DNA of 32,000 nt from Vitreoscilla stercoraria DSM 513 (GCF_000382305.1 NZ_KB908021.1:134293-166292); one strand, 5' to 3'; shown: positions 1 to 8,751, counted from the first letter of the stretch. Program-made: numbers and translations. The notes: a model not told the origin generated them from the sequence alone.

Positions 1-1004
1 AAGTGGTTGGTTTGGAAGTCAAATCAAATGGCCAAAACCGCAAAATATTCGCCAAGCACGGTGTGGTGATTGCCAGCGGTGGTTTCTCGCATGATAAAGA
101 ACGCCTGAAAAAAATGTATCCACATGTTGCCAGTGGTGGTGAACACTTCTCACCTGTGCCAACAGGCAATACCGGCGATGGTTTGCGTTTGGCTGAAAGT
201 GCGGGAGGTCGTGTGAGCACTGAGTATGCAGACAATTCAGCATGGATGCCTGTATCGCGTGTGCCAATGAAAAATGGAGGCTTTGGCGTGTTTCCACATT
301 TATTGGACCGTTACAAACCCGGCATTATTGGTGTGTTGAAAAATGGTCAGCGTTTTTGCAATGAATCTGAATCTTATCACGATGTCGGTGCGGCTTTGAT
401 GCGGGCGTGTGCGGGTGAAAAAGAAACCGCTATGTGGTTGGTTTGCGATGCCAAAGCCTTGGCGAAATATGGCTTGGGTTATGTGAAGCCTGCACCTTTG
501 CCACATGGCAAATTCATCAAACAAGGTTATTTGTTTAAAGGCGCAACTTTAGAAGCGTTGGCACAAACCATCGGCATGGATGCACAAGGTTTACGCCAAA
601 CAGTTGAAAACTACAATTTACATGCCGTTCATGGTGAAGACCCACAGTTCAATCGGGGTACTACTTCCTTCAATCGCTATTTGGCCGATCCTGAAAACCA
701 GCCCAATCCATGCGTGGCACCTATTTCTCAAGGACCGTTTTATGCGGTGAAAGTGTATATGGGCGATTTGGGTACGTTTAATGGCATTGAAACCACGGCT
801 GTGGGTGAGGTGATGGATGCTGACAACCAAGTGATTGAAGGCTTGTATGCAGTGGGTAATGACCGTAAGAGCGTGATGGGTGGCAATTATCCAGGTGCTG
901 GCATTACATTGGGGCCGATTATGACTTATGGCTATGTCACTGGCAATGTGATTGCCGATAAAGCGCAGATTCAACACTTACAGGACGCTTCTGTTGAAGC
1001 TTAA
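1..1004 (+). CDS. FAD-dependent oxidoreductase, 3-ketosteroid dehydrogenase / fumarate reductase flavoprotein family (C-terminal part, 5' end outside window)
   Basis: The ORF is open from the window edge. The C-terminal motif YMGDLGTFNGIETT...GLYAVGND...YPGAGITLGP is typical of FAD_binding_2 / KstD-like enzymes. Confidence 0.75.
   Translation, partial: VVGLEVKSNGQNRKIFAKHGVVIASGGFSHDKERLKKMYPHVASGGEHFSPVPTGNTGDGLRLAESAGGRVSTEYADNSAWMPVSRVPMKNGGFGVFPHLLDRYKPGIIGVLKNGQRFCNESESYHDVGAALMRACAGEKETAMWLVCDAKALAKYGLGYVKPAPLPHGKFIKQGYLFKGATLEALAQTIGMDAQGLRQTVENYNLHAVHGEDPQFNRGTTSFNRYLADPENQPNPCVAPISQGPFYAVKVYMGDLGTFNGIETTAVGEVMDADNQVIEGLYAVGNDRKSVMGGNYPGAGITLGPIMTYGYVTGNVIADKAQIQHLQDASVEA
978..990 (-). 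repeat. Single reverse copy of the uptake-sequence-like motif (TTACAGGACGCTT) inside coding sequence
   Basis: Exact reverse complement of AAGCGTCCTGTAA, read directly from the sequence. Confidence 0.8.
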
Positions 1005-1031
1005 ATTGGAACCATAAGGAATAAAAAAAAC

Positions 1032-1364
1032 ATGAACGAACAAAAATATCCAGTGGTTGATTTACGCTTTTATCACATTGCACCACGTGGCATGAATGAG
1101 TTTTTAAAACATTTCAATGAATTGGCGATGCCTTTATTGATGAAGCATTTGGGGCAACCTGTTGGATTTTATACCACCACCATCGGTACATTAAACCAAT
1201 TTGTACACATTTGGGAATACGAAAGTTTGGCAGATTATGAGCGCCGTAGCACGGCTCGTGACAGTGATCCTGAGTTTTCAACTTACTTGCAAGCAACAAA
1301 AGGTTTGGTGGTATCACAACACAATCAAATCATTAAAAAAGTGGCAATGAATACCAAAATTTAA
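1032..1364 (+). CDS. NIPSNAP family protein
   Basis: 110 aa. The pattern LRFYHI...FYTTTIGTLNQFVHIWEYESLADYERR resembles the NIPSNAP domain. It sits 27 nt after the upstream stop. Confidence 0.6.
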   Translation: MNEQKYPVVDLRFYHIAPRGMNEFLKHFNELAMPLLMKHLGQPVGFYTTTIGTLNQFVHIWEYESLADYERRSTARDSDPEFSTYLQATKGLVVSQHNQIIKKVAMNTKI

Positions 1365-1399
1365 GCCGCATCTACAAATGGAGAAAAGGAGTAGTAACG

Positions 1400-2764
1400 A
1401 TGAATAATCAGAATGTGATTGATGTCCGTGAGGTCATCAATGCCGAAAAAATCAGTGGGCTACAAAAACTGGTGGTCTTTTTTTGTTGTGCCATCATTGC
1501 CATTGACGGTTTTGATGTGGTGGTCATGGGCTTGTCTGCGCCACAAATCATTCAAGAATGGGGTGTGTCTGCCACAGACATGGGACCGGTATTGAGTGCG
1601 GCTTTATTTGGTTTGGCCATCGGTGCGTTGACTGCAGGACCTTTGTCTGATCGGTTTGGTCGCAAGTGGGTTTTGATTATCAGTGTATTCTTTTTTGGAC
1701 TGATGACATTGGTAACGGCTTTTGCGCAAGATGTGACTCAATTGGTGATTTTCCGCTTTTTAACAGGTTTGGGTTTGGGTGCTGCTGCGCCCAATGCCGC
1801 TACCTTGGCTGCTGAATATGCCCCTGTGCGTCGCAGAGCCTTTTTTGTGACTATCGCTTATGCAGGGTTTTCATTGGGTGCAGCAGGAGGTGGTTTTATT
1901 TCGGCATGGATGATTCCTGAGTTTGGCTGGCGTAGTGTGTTTGTATTGGGTGGCATCTTGCCGTTGGTATTGTTGCCATTCATGATTTTAAAAATGCCTG
2001 AGTCTTTGTCTTTTTTGGTTGCTAAAAAAGGCAATCCTAAAACCATCCGCTCCATTGTCAACCGTATGATTCCCAATACCGCCACAGAAAAACACACCTA
2101 TACTGTTGGACCGATTGCAAGCAAGCAAAAAAGTGCGTTGGGTATTGTGATGTCTAAAGAGTACCGCTTGGGCACTTACATGTTGTGGTTAAGCTATTTC
2201 ACTGCCTTGTTCTTGATTTATTTGTGCAGCAGTTGGCTGCCAACCATCATCAAAATGAATGATTTCACCATTTCACAAGCAGCAATAGTGACATCTATTT
2301 TTCAAATTGGAGGACCTATTGGTAGTTTGTTCTTTGGTTGGGCGATGGATAAGTTCAAACCACATGCCGTTTTGATTAGTGGTATGTTGGTGGGCGCGGC
2401 AGCTACTTATGCATTGGGTCAATTTGGTCACAATTTGGTATTGTTATCTATTTGTGCATGGATTTTGGGCTTTTGTTTCAATGGCGGCTCTGTGGGTATG
2501 TCGGCTTTGGCAACCAATTACTACCCAACCGAAGCGCGTGCTACGGGTGCTAGCTGGATGAATGGTATTGGTCGATTCGGTGCAATTTTAAGTGCATTTG
2601 CTGGTGGTTATATGATTACACAAGGGTATTCATTACAAACCATGTTCACTTTATTGATGATTCCAGCATTGTTGGCAGGTTTGGCCATCTTTATTAAAGG
2701 TGCTAAAGCCAAAGAGGTATCAGTGCCATCTCCTGTGACGGCTCAAACACAAACTGAGGTTTGA
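1400..2764 (+). CDS. MFS transporter, aromatic acid:H+ symporter (AAHS, PcaK/MhpT-like) family
   Basis: 454 aa with about 12 hydrophobic segments and the MFS loop motif GPLSDRFGRKWVL. A strong SD (AAAGGAG) precedes the ATG. Confidence 0.8.
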   Translation: MNNQNVIDVREVINAEKISGLQKLVVFFCCAIIAIDGFDVVVMGLSAPQIIQEWGVSATDMGPVLSAALFGLAIGALTAGPLSDRFGRKWVLIISVFFFGLMTLVTAFAQDVTQLVIFRFLTGLGLGAAAPNAATLAAEYAPVRRRAFFVTIAYAGFSLGAAGGGFISAWMIPEFGWRSVFVLGGILPLVLLPFMILKMPESLSFLVAKKGNPKTIRSIVNRMIPNTATEKHTYTVGPIASKQKSALGIVMSKEYRLGTYMLWLSYFTALFLIYLCSSWLPTIIKMNDFTISQAAIVTSIFQIGGPIGSLFFGWAMDKFKPHAVLISGMLVGAAATYALGQFGHNLVLLSICAWILGFCFNGGSVGMSALATNYYPTEARATGASWMNGIGRFGAILSAFAGGYMITQGYSLQTMFTLLMIPALLAGLAIFIKGAKAKEVSVPSPVTAQTQTEV

Positions 2765-2779
2765 TTTAGCATGATGATA

Positions 2780-2813
2780 AAAGCCTCATTCTTTGTATAA
2801 GAGTGAGGCTTTT
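2780..2813 (+). terminator. Rho-independent terminator after the MFS gene
   Basis: Stem AAGCCTCA / TGAGGCTT with a 15-nt loop, followed by TTTGTATT. Confidence 0.6.
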
Positions 2814-2823
2814 GTATTGCAGC

Positions 2824-2837
2824 AAGCGTCCTGTAAA
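2824..2837 (+). repeat. Single forward copy of the uptake-sequence-like motif AAGCGTCCTGTAAA
   Basis: Exact motif match. No inverted partner nearby. Confidence 0.8.
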
Positions 2838-3099
2838 CATTAAAAGGAGCAATATCGTGGTTTAAAACTGACAAAATGCTTTTTTAAGGATGTAGTCATT
2901 TCTTTTGTAAAGTCAGAATCATGGTAAAAAAAATCGTGTCATGATTCAATATTGATATTGTCTAAGAATTTAGTTTCGATCATGTTGAAGTCTTGCATTG
3001 ACCACACTATGCCAATCGTATGTGAAGTGATTGGATAGCTGCAACATCTGTCTCGTATATTTTTAAGGATGGTAACCATTTCACGATTGGTTCGGCATT

Positions 3100-3121
3100 A
3101 ATGACCGCTTAAGCGGTCATT
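3100..3121. repeat. 22-bp perfect palindrome AATGACCGCTTAAGCGGTCATT
   Basis: Read directly. It lies 70 nt downstream of the minus-strand oxidoreductase stop and has no clean U-tract on either strand. Confidence 0.6.
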
Positions 3122-3191
3122 TGTGAGTCAGATTGTTGATATAAAACCTAGCAGTTTTAAAATAGTAACCCCATGATATAGTGTAACTATC

Positions 3192-4589
3192 TTACTTAAT
3201 GCCACAAAAACCATACACTTGTCGCGCTAACCAAGTCGTTTTATCAGGTTTTTGAGTATGTTCCTTGGCATCTGCAATTTTTAATAATTTGTACATCGTA
3301 TGAATTCCTGTCCAACGCAAAGGCTCAGGTTCCCATTTGGGATTGATGAAATTATTCCAAGGCAAACGATTCAATGCCGTATCTTGTTTCAAAATGCGTG
3401 AACACAAAGTTCTTGCTGCCAAATTGGTTCCTGCTACACCGCTGCCGCCAAAACCATAAACACTGCCTATTTGGGTATTAGAATCATAACTGACGCTTGG
3501 ACACCAATCTCTGGTTAAACCGAATGAACCCCGCCAAGAGTGCTCAATTTTCATTGGAAAATATGGGAACAATTGCGTTAAACGACCATATAAAAAATCT
3601 AAAGTAGGGCGATCCAATTCACCATGACCCACTGTCTGAGAGTTATATTGATAAGGCTTGCCACGACCACCGATGACAATACGATTATCCTCAGTGCGTT
3701 GCGCATAAAAAAACAAATGTGATGCATCACTGAATAATTCACGACCGTGCCAATTGGCTTGTTGCCAAAATGAGTCTGGTAAGATTTCTGTTGCAATGAC
3801 AGAGGAGTTCATTGGCACCACTTTACCAGAGCGCACCAATGCTTCAGTGTATCCTTCAGTACAACACATCACATGGTCGGCCTGAATATGAAAACCAGCC
3901 ACTTGAACATGCTTGGGACTGAAACCGCTCACTGGAGTATTTTCATACATGAATACGCCCAACTGAGACAAGACATTTTTCAAGCCAAATGCCAATTTTG
4001 CAGGTTGAATACGAGCACCTTTGCGATACCATAGACCTGAATCAGCATGGGCAACGTTGATTTTTTCCTTCACTTGTAGCCCTGTGAGCAAAACCATATC
4101 ATCAGTATCAAAGCCTAAATCCAAATCATGCTTGTAAGTTTCACGTAAACGATAACTTTGGGCGCGATTGGTCGACATAGTTAACATTCCGCCTTCATAT
4201 AAATCACAATCAATATCTTCTAGCTGACAAATGTGTTTGACTTCATCCACCGTTCGAGTGATTTCTTTCTGAAACAAACGCACATCATCCAAAGAAGATC
4301 CCGATTTTTGAAATACAGAACTTAAACCCGGTATATGCGATGAAAGCCAACCGCCATTGCGTCCAGATGCTCCATATGCAATTTGATTGGCTTCAAAAAT
4401 AGCAATACTCCATTCCGGCTGGGCTTTTTTCAAATAATATGCCAACCATAAGCCTGTAAAACCACCTCCAATAATGGCAACATCAAATTGACTTTGCCCA
4501 TGCAAAGGTGGCGGTATTTGAGCATCTTGATAATGACCATTGGAAACGGCTGATTTCACCCAAAATGAAATATTATCTTGTTCTAACAT
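3192..4589 (-). CDS. FAD-dependent oxidoreductase, DAO family (PuuB/OrdL-like gamma-glutamylputrescine oxidase type)
   Basis: 465 aa. It has the N-terminal dinucleotide fold DVAIIGGGFTGLWLAYYL, and its length and overall pattern match PuuB/OrdL-like enzymes. Confidence 0.75.
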   Translation of the reverse strand: MLEQDNISFWVKSAVSNGHYQDAQIPPPLHGQSQFDVAIIGGGFTGLWLAYYLKKAQPEWSIAIFEANQIAYGASGRNGGWLSSHIPGLSSVFQKSGSSLDDVRLFQKEITRTVDEVKHICQLEDIDCDLYEGGMLTMSTNRAQSYRLRETYKHDLDLGFDTDDMVLLTGLQVKEKINVAHADSGLWYRKGARIQPAKLAFGLKNVLSQLGVFMYENTPVSGFSPKHVQVAGFHIQADHVMCCTEGYTEALVRSGKVVPMNSSVIATEILPDSFWQQANWHGRELFSDASHLFFYAQRTEDNRIVIGGRGKPYQYNSQTVGHGELDRPTLDFLYGRLTQLFPYFPMKIEHSWRGSFGLTRDWCPSVSYDSNTQIGSVYGFGGSGVAGTNLAARTLCSRILKQDTALNRLPWNNFINPKWEPEPLRWTGIHTMYKLLKIADAKEHTQKPDKTTWLARQVYGFCGIK

Positions 4590-4619
4590 GTGTATGCCTT
4601 ATTCGATTGTAATTTTAAG

Positions 4620-4656
4620 GCCACTTACTTCAATGTAATCTATTGGGGTAAGTGGC
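4620..4656 (-). promoter_or_regulatory. Intercistronic hairpin between the SBP gene and the oxidoreductase gene
   Basis: Perfect 9-bp stem GCCACTTAC / GTAAGTGGC with a 19-nt loop and no U-tract. It could be an mRNA-stabilising or decoupling structure. Confidence 0.45.
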
Positions 4657-4665
4657 GATGATCAC

Positions 4666-5778
4666 TTAGCTACCCACCCAAGCATTAAAGCGTTGTGTTA
4701 ATTCTTCCGAATTATCAATCCAAAAATCAGCATCTAATTCAATAGCTTGTTTGAGATTGTCTTCTGTGGTCGGCAAATTCAAGGCTATTTCAGGTTTGAT
4801 TTGGCTAGCTGCCTCTTTGTTGGCAATACCATAGTCCATGTAATCAGGCAGTTTAACTTGGTTTTCAGGCAAGCTTGCAAAGGCCAAAAATTCCATTGCC
4901 AAATCTTTGTTAGATGCGCCTTTTAAAATGGTCCAACTGTCTACCGAATAAATACTTTGAGGCCACACAATTTTGAAATGACGGTTGTTTTCACGATTCA
5001 AACCGGCAATCCGACCATTGTAAGCTGCAGCCATGACCACTTCATTTGAAGCCAAAAACTGCAAAGGCTGAGCACCAGCATCCCACCAAACAACATGTGG
5101 TTTCAATTCATCTAATTTTTTAAATGCTCTATCAACACCTTCTGGTGTACGCAATACTTGATAAAGCGCTTCATTTTTAACGCCATCCGCCAAGAGCGCG
5201 AATTCCAAAGCATATTTGGCCGTACGACGCATGGTACGTTTGCCTGGGTATTTTTGAACATCCCAAAAATCCGCCCAAGATTGTGGTGCATCTTTGATTT
5301 TTTCAGAATCGTAAACCAATGCGGTTGACCAGAAAATTTGTCCCACGCCACAATCACTCACAGCCGCAGGCAAATATTTTTCTTTGCCGCCAAGTTTGTC
5401 CCAATCAATTTTTTCTAATAAACCATCACTACAAGAACGTGCCAAATCTTCGGCTTCCATCTGCATGATGTCCCAATTTGGATTACCACTTTGTACTTTG
5501 GCTTGTGCAATACCATAACTGCCCGAGTCAGCATTGTCTTCCAAAACAGGCTGCCCAATTTTTTTTGCAAATGGCTCAAAATAAATGGTGCGTAACGCAT
5601 CTTGGAATGTGCCGCCAGAAGCGGCAATGGTTAAGCCTCGTTGAGAACTGCTTGAGTTGTTGGTTGAGCTGGCATTACTGGTATCAGTTTTGTGATTGCT
5701 AGCAGTAGTACTGTCACCACCACAAGCACTCAAACCTATTGAAATGGCTGCTACCATGGTTAAATATTTCAATCTCAT
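4666..5778 (-). CDS. Extracellular solute-binding lipoprotein, PotD/PotF-like (polyamine-type ABC substrate-binding protein)
   Basis: 370 aa. It has a signal peptide with the lipobox LSAC and a Ser/Asn-rich linker. The body resembles the SBP_bac_1/PotF family. Strong SD (AAGGAGAG). Confidence 0.8.
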   Translation of the reverse strand: MRLKYLTMVAAISIGLSACGGDSTTASNHKTDTSNASSTNNSSSSQRGLTIAASGGTFQDALRTIYFEPFAKKIGQPVLEDNADSGSYGIAQAKVQSGNPNWDIMQMEAEDLARSCSDGLLEKIDWDKLGGKEKYLPAAVSDCGVGQIFWSTALVYDSEKIKDAPQSWADFWDVQKYPGKRTMRRTAKYALEFALLADGVKNEALYQVLRTPEGVDRAFKKLDELKPHVVWWDAGAQPLQFLASNEVVMAAAYNGRIAGLNRENNRHFKIVWPQSIYSVDSWTILKGASNKDLAMEFLAFASLPENQVKLPDYMDYGIANKEAASQIKPEIALNLPTTEDNLKQAIELDADFWIDNSEELTQRFNAWVGS

Positions 5779-5845
5779 TACTCTCTCCTTGTATTGTTAT
5801 CATTTGAAATTCTTATGATTACGCAATGCTTTGAACTTAAGCCAA

Positions 5846-5859
5846 ATGCGTCCTGTAAT
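5846..5859 (+). repeat. Single forward copy of the uptake-sequence-like motif (ATGCGTCCTGTAAT)
   Basis: Exact match to the 11-mer core GCGTCCTGTAA. Confidence 0.8.
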
Positions 5860-6202
5860 CTGTTAAATTCTTTTTAGTTTGGGTAAGAGCATACGAGAAT
5901 GATTTGTAAAAAATCAACTAAAAATTTTACTTTTAGTGTTATTTTTTATATCAAAAAAATAATGTATTTTTTATATATATTTATATTTCAATCTTAAATA
6001 TCAGTATGAGCGTTTTTAAAAAATGAGCTTGATTTGAATATGATTGGAATATAAAAAAACCTAATATCATCATTTTTATAATAGATTTTTATTAGAATAA
6101 TAGCCTACGATTTATATCTAAATTACTATGAATATAGATATTGCATATATAAATAATATAATTATTAGTTACTTTTAAAGTTTCTTGGTGAAAAGGTGCT
6201 TT

Positions 6203-6322
6203 ATGGGATTAACAAGTCTAAGTTGTATTGTACTCATGAAGGGCAATGCTAATTCCCGCAAGAATCAAACAGTCATTAATGGCAGCTTGTCATCGTTAGT
6301 TGGCTGCGGCTTTGAGATGTAA
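6203..6322 (+). CDS. Hypothetical 39-aa small ORF (MGLTSLSCIVLMKGNANSRKNQTVINGSLSSLVGCGFEM), or alternatively part of an sRNA
   Basis: An SD-like AAGGT lies 5 nt upstream of the ATG. The ORF sits in the only normal-GC islet of a 775-bp AT-rich spacer. Its stop lies between the arms of the hairpin GGCTGCGG/CCACAGCC (6302-6332). Confidence 0.2.
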   Translation: MGLTSLSCIVLMKGNANSRKNQTVINGSLSSLVGCGFEM

Positions 6323-6509
6323 AACCACAGCCAGTGTTGTTGTATATCGTTCTTAAATTTGGCCATAGTAATAGATATGAGAAAATTCTACTTTTTGTTT
6401 TATTGAAAGTAGGAGAATTATCGTGAAATTAATTTTCTAAATAAGGAGTGTTTTATTAAATCTTAATTTAACATAATGCCAATATGATAAATATCATTTT
6501 AAAAAATAT

Positions 6510-6540
6510 AAACAAAAAAACCGACTATAAAAGTCGGTTA
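6510..6540 (-). terminator. Rho-independent terminator of pyrE
   Basis: Stem AACCGACT / AGTCGGTT, followed on the minus strand by a long T-run. Confidence 0.75.
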
Positions 6541-6553
6541 AAAAACTAAAAAA

Positions 6554-7198
6554 TCAATAATCCACACCATATCGATCACGATAATCTTGCACAGAATCCA
6601 AATAAGTCTGCAAAGATACATCACCACCCAACATTGCCAACAAGTCTTTTAAATTGGCAATTGATACCACTGGTAAACCATATTGATGTTGTACTTCTTG
6701 TACTGCCGAAGTTTCAGCTGTACCTTTTTCCATACGATCTAATGCAATCACGACACCAGCAGGTATTGCACCTTCATTTTCAATCAATTTTACTGATTCA
6801 CGTACAGATGTGCCCGCAGAAATTACATCATCAATAATCAAAACTTTACCTTTAACGGGCGAACCCACCAATACGCCACCTTCACCGTGATCTTTGGCTT
6901 CTTTGCGGTTGTAAGCAATTGGCACATTGATACCTTTCTCCGCCAAAGCCATACTGGTTGCAGCTGCCAAAATAATGCCCTTATAAGCAGGACCGAATAA
7001 CATGTCAAATTCAACACCACTGGCAATAATCGCATCTGCATAAAAACGCGCCAATTGCAAAATACCATTGCCATCATTGAACAAACCCGCGTTGAAAAAA
7101 TACGGTGATTGACGGCCGGCTTTGGTGGTGAATTCACCGAATTTTAATACTTCTTGTTCCAACGCAAATTTGAGAAAGTCTTGGCGAAAATCTGACAT
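6554..7198 (-). CDS. pyrE: Orotate phosphoribosyltransferase
   Basis: 214 aa. The N-terminus FALEQEVLKFGEFTTKAGRQSPYFFNAGLF and the PRPP motif VLIIDDVISAGTS identify it. Confidence 0.95.
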   Translation of the reverse strand: MSDFRQDFLKFALEQEVLKFGEFTTKAGRQSPYFFNAGLFNDGNGILQLARFYADAIIASGVEFDMLFGPAYKGIILAAATSMALAEKGINVPIAYNRKEAKDHGEGGVLVGSPVKGKVLIIDDVISAGTSVRESVKLIENEGAIPAGVVIALDRMEKGTAETSAVQEVQHQYGLPVVSIANLKDLLAMLGGDVSLQTYLDSVQDYRDRYGVDY

Positions 7199-7214
7199 GA
7201 ATAATCCTTAAATC

Positions 7215-7268
7215 GGTACAATAGGGCTGAAGACAGACGGCAAAAGCCGTCATTTTGCATATTGTACC
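7215..7268. promoter_or_regulatory. Nested inverted repeats in the pyrE-xthA divergent region
   Basis: Outer arms are GGTACAAT (7215-7222) and ATTGTACC (7261-7268). The inner hairpin is GACGGC-AAAA-GCCGTC (7236-7251). Confidence 0.35.
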
Positions 7269-7279
7269 CGAGGAAGCCC

Positions 7280-8056
7280 GTGTTTAGAATCATCAGCGCC
7301 AACGTCAACGGCATACGCTCTGCCGCCTCTAAAGGTTTTATTGAATACATACAAGCCACTAATGCAGATATTGTGTGTGTACAAGAATTGAAAGCCAAAG
7401 AGGACAAGCTCACCGATCAATTAAAAAATCCGAATGGAATGCACGGCGTTTGGCATTGTGCCGAAAAAGCAGGTTATAGCGGCGTTGCCATTTACAGCAA
7501 ACAAACGCCAGACCGTGTGCAATATGGTTTGGGTATCGAACAATTTGACAACGAAGGTCGCTTTATTCGTGCTGACTTTGATGATAAAAATTTGAGTGTG
7601 ATTTCCTTGTATTTGCCGTCGGGAACCAGTGCTGAAATTCGCCAAGAATACAAATACCAATTTTTAGATGCTTTCTTGCCTGTTTTGCAAAATATGTTAG
7701 TAGAAGGCCGGCATGTGGTTGTGTGTGGCGATTGGAATATTGCCCACCACAATATTGATTTGAAAAACTGGAAAGGCAACCAAAAAAATTCAGGTTTTTT
7801 ACCCGAAGAACGAGCTTGGTTAACCAAACTTTTGAATGAAGTCGGTTGGGTCGATACTTGGCGCACATTGTATCCATTGGAGCCAGGCTATACATGGTGG
7901 AGCAATCGTGGCCAAGCATATGCCAAAGATGTGGGTTGGCGCATTGACTACCATATCACCACGCCAAATTTAGCCGCTTTAGTCAAGTCTGCCCACGTGT
8001 ACAAAGACGAAAAATTTTCTGACCATGCACCTTTGGTCGTAGATTATGATTTGTAA
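7280..8056 (+). CDS. xthA: Exodeoxyribonuclease III
   Basis: The start MFRIISANVNGIRSA and the end SDHAPLVVDYDL are typical of ExoIII. I prefer the GTG at 7280 (preceded by GAGGA) over the TTG at 7262 in the ORF track. Confidence 0.9.
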   Translation: MFRIISANVNGIRSAASKGFIEYIQATNADIVCVQELKAKEDKLTDQLKNPNGMHGVWHCAEKAGYSGVAIYSKQTPDRVQYGLGIEQFDNEGRFIRADFDDKNLSVISLYLPSGTSAEIRQEYKYQFLDAFLPVLQNMLVEGRHVVVCGDWNIAHHNIDLKNWKGNQKNSGFLPEERAWLTKLLNEVGWVDTWRTLYPLEPGYTWWSNRGQAYAKDVGWRIDYHITTPNLAALVKSAHVYKDEKFSDHAPLVVDYDL

Positions 8057-8142
8057 ATTTTCAAAGCATCTGATTTGTATTTGAACCTTTTGTAAACCAT
8101 GGTTGACTAATAAAACTTATTGGATATTTGAAATGACAGGTC

Positions 8143-8664
8143 ATGATGATGAATGAAGCCCAAGCCGCCATTGAAAAAGCCCAACAAACCAAGGCCCCGA
8201 AAGATGTGGTTTTGGCATTTTTGCTCAATTCATCCAAAGAACTGGTTCAAAATGGTGCCGAGCAAATGGTGGCTGAAGACGCTACTTACGTGTCTTTGAA
8301 TTTTAACAGTCCAGAACTGAAGCAAATTGAGCCATGGGCAGGTACGTCAACAGGCCGCCAAATTTACATTGATACTTTTTCCAATGTTGGCACATATTGG
8401 CGAGTGGATGATTTTCAAGTTTCAGACATGATTGCCGAAGACAGTTTGGTGGCGGTATTTGGCCAATTCACATATACATCGGTGGTGGCCAACAACACTT
8501 TTACCTCACCTTTTGCCATCAAAGCCATAGTTGAAAATGGTCAAATCACGTATTTCCAATTCATGGAAGACACCTATGCTTCGGCAGCATCGTTTCGAGT
8601 TGGCGGACATTGGGTGATTCAACAAGATACAGATCCAAGCAAACAATTCAATGTGGGCGAATAA
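8143..8664 (+). CDS. Hypothetical protein, possibly NTF2/SnoaL-like fold
   Basis: 173-aa ORF with host-like composition and its own terminator. The fold assignment is only an impression from size and pattern. Confidence 0.5.
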   Translation: MMMNEAQAAIEKAQQTKAPKDVVLAFLLNSSKELVQNGAEQMVAEDATYVSLNFNSPELKQIEPWAGTSTGRQIYIDTFSNVGTYWRVDDFQVSDMIAEDSLVAVFGQFTYTSVVANNTFTSPFAIKAIVENGQITYFQFMEDTYASAASFRVGGHWVIQQDTDPSKQFNVGE

Positions 8665-8705
8665 GCTGTGTTTTAGAGCTTTTACAACTTTAATCCATTA
8701 AAAAA

Positions 8706-8736
8706 AGGCGTCCTGTAAACATTTACAGGACGCCTT
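8706..8736. terminator. Inverted pair of the uptake-sequence-like motif forming a bidirectional terminator hairpin
   Basis: AGGCGTCCTGTAAAcaTTTACAGGACGCCT flanked by A-run and T-run, between convergent genes. Confidence 0.8.
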
Positions 8737-8751
8737 TTAGATATTGCTAAC

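Noticed and set aside
618-977. Long antisense ORFs in the six-frame track. Examples are 618-977(-), 12124-12522(-), 12174-12524(-), 20248-20682(-), 28155-28667(-), 29519-29776(+) and 7492-7919(-).
   Set aside because: Each lies entirely inside a well-supported gene on the other strand and has no SD or recognisable motif. Their compositions are the skewed ones typical of shadow frames.
5860-6180. A CRISPR array, iterons or a replication origin in the AT-rich tracts (5860-6180 and 29990-30400).
   Set aside because: There are no regularly spaced repeats of 20 bp or more. Only one DnaA-box-like 9-mer (TGTGAATAA at 30206-30214) is present, with no cluster.
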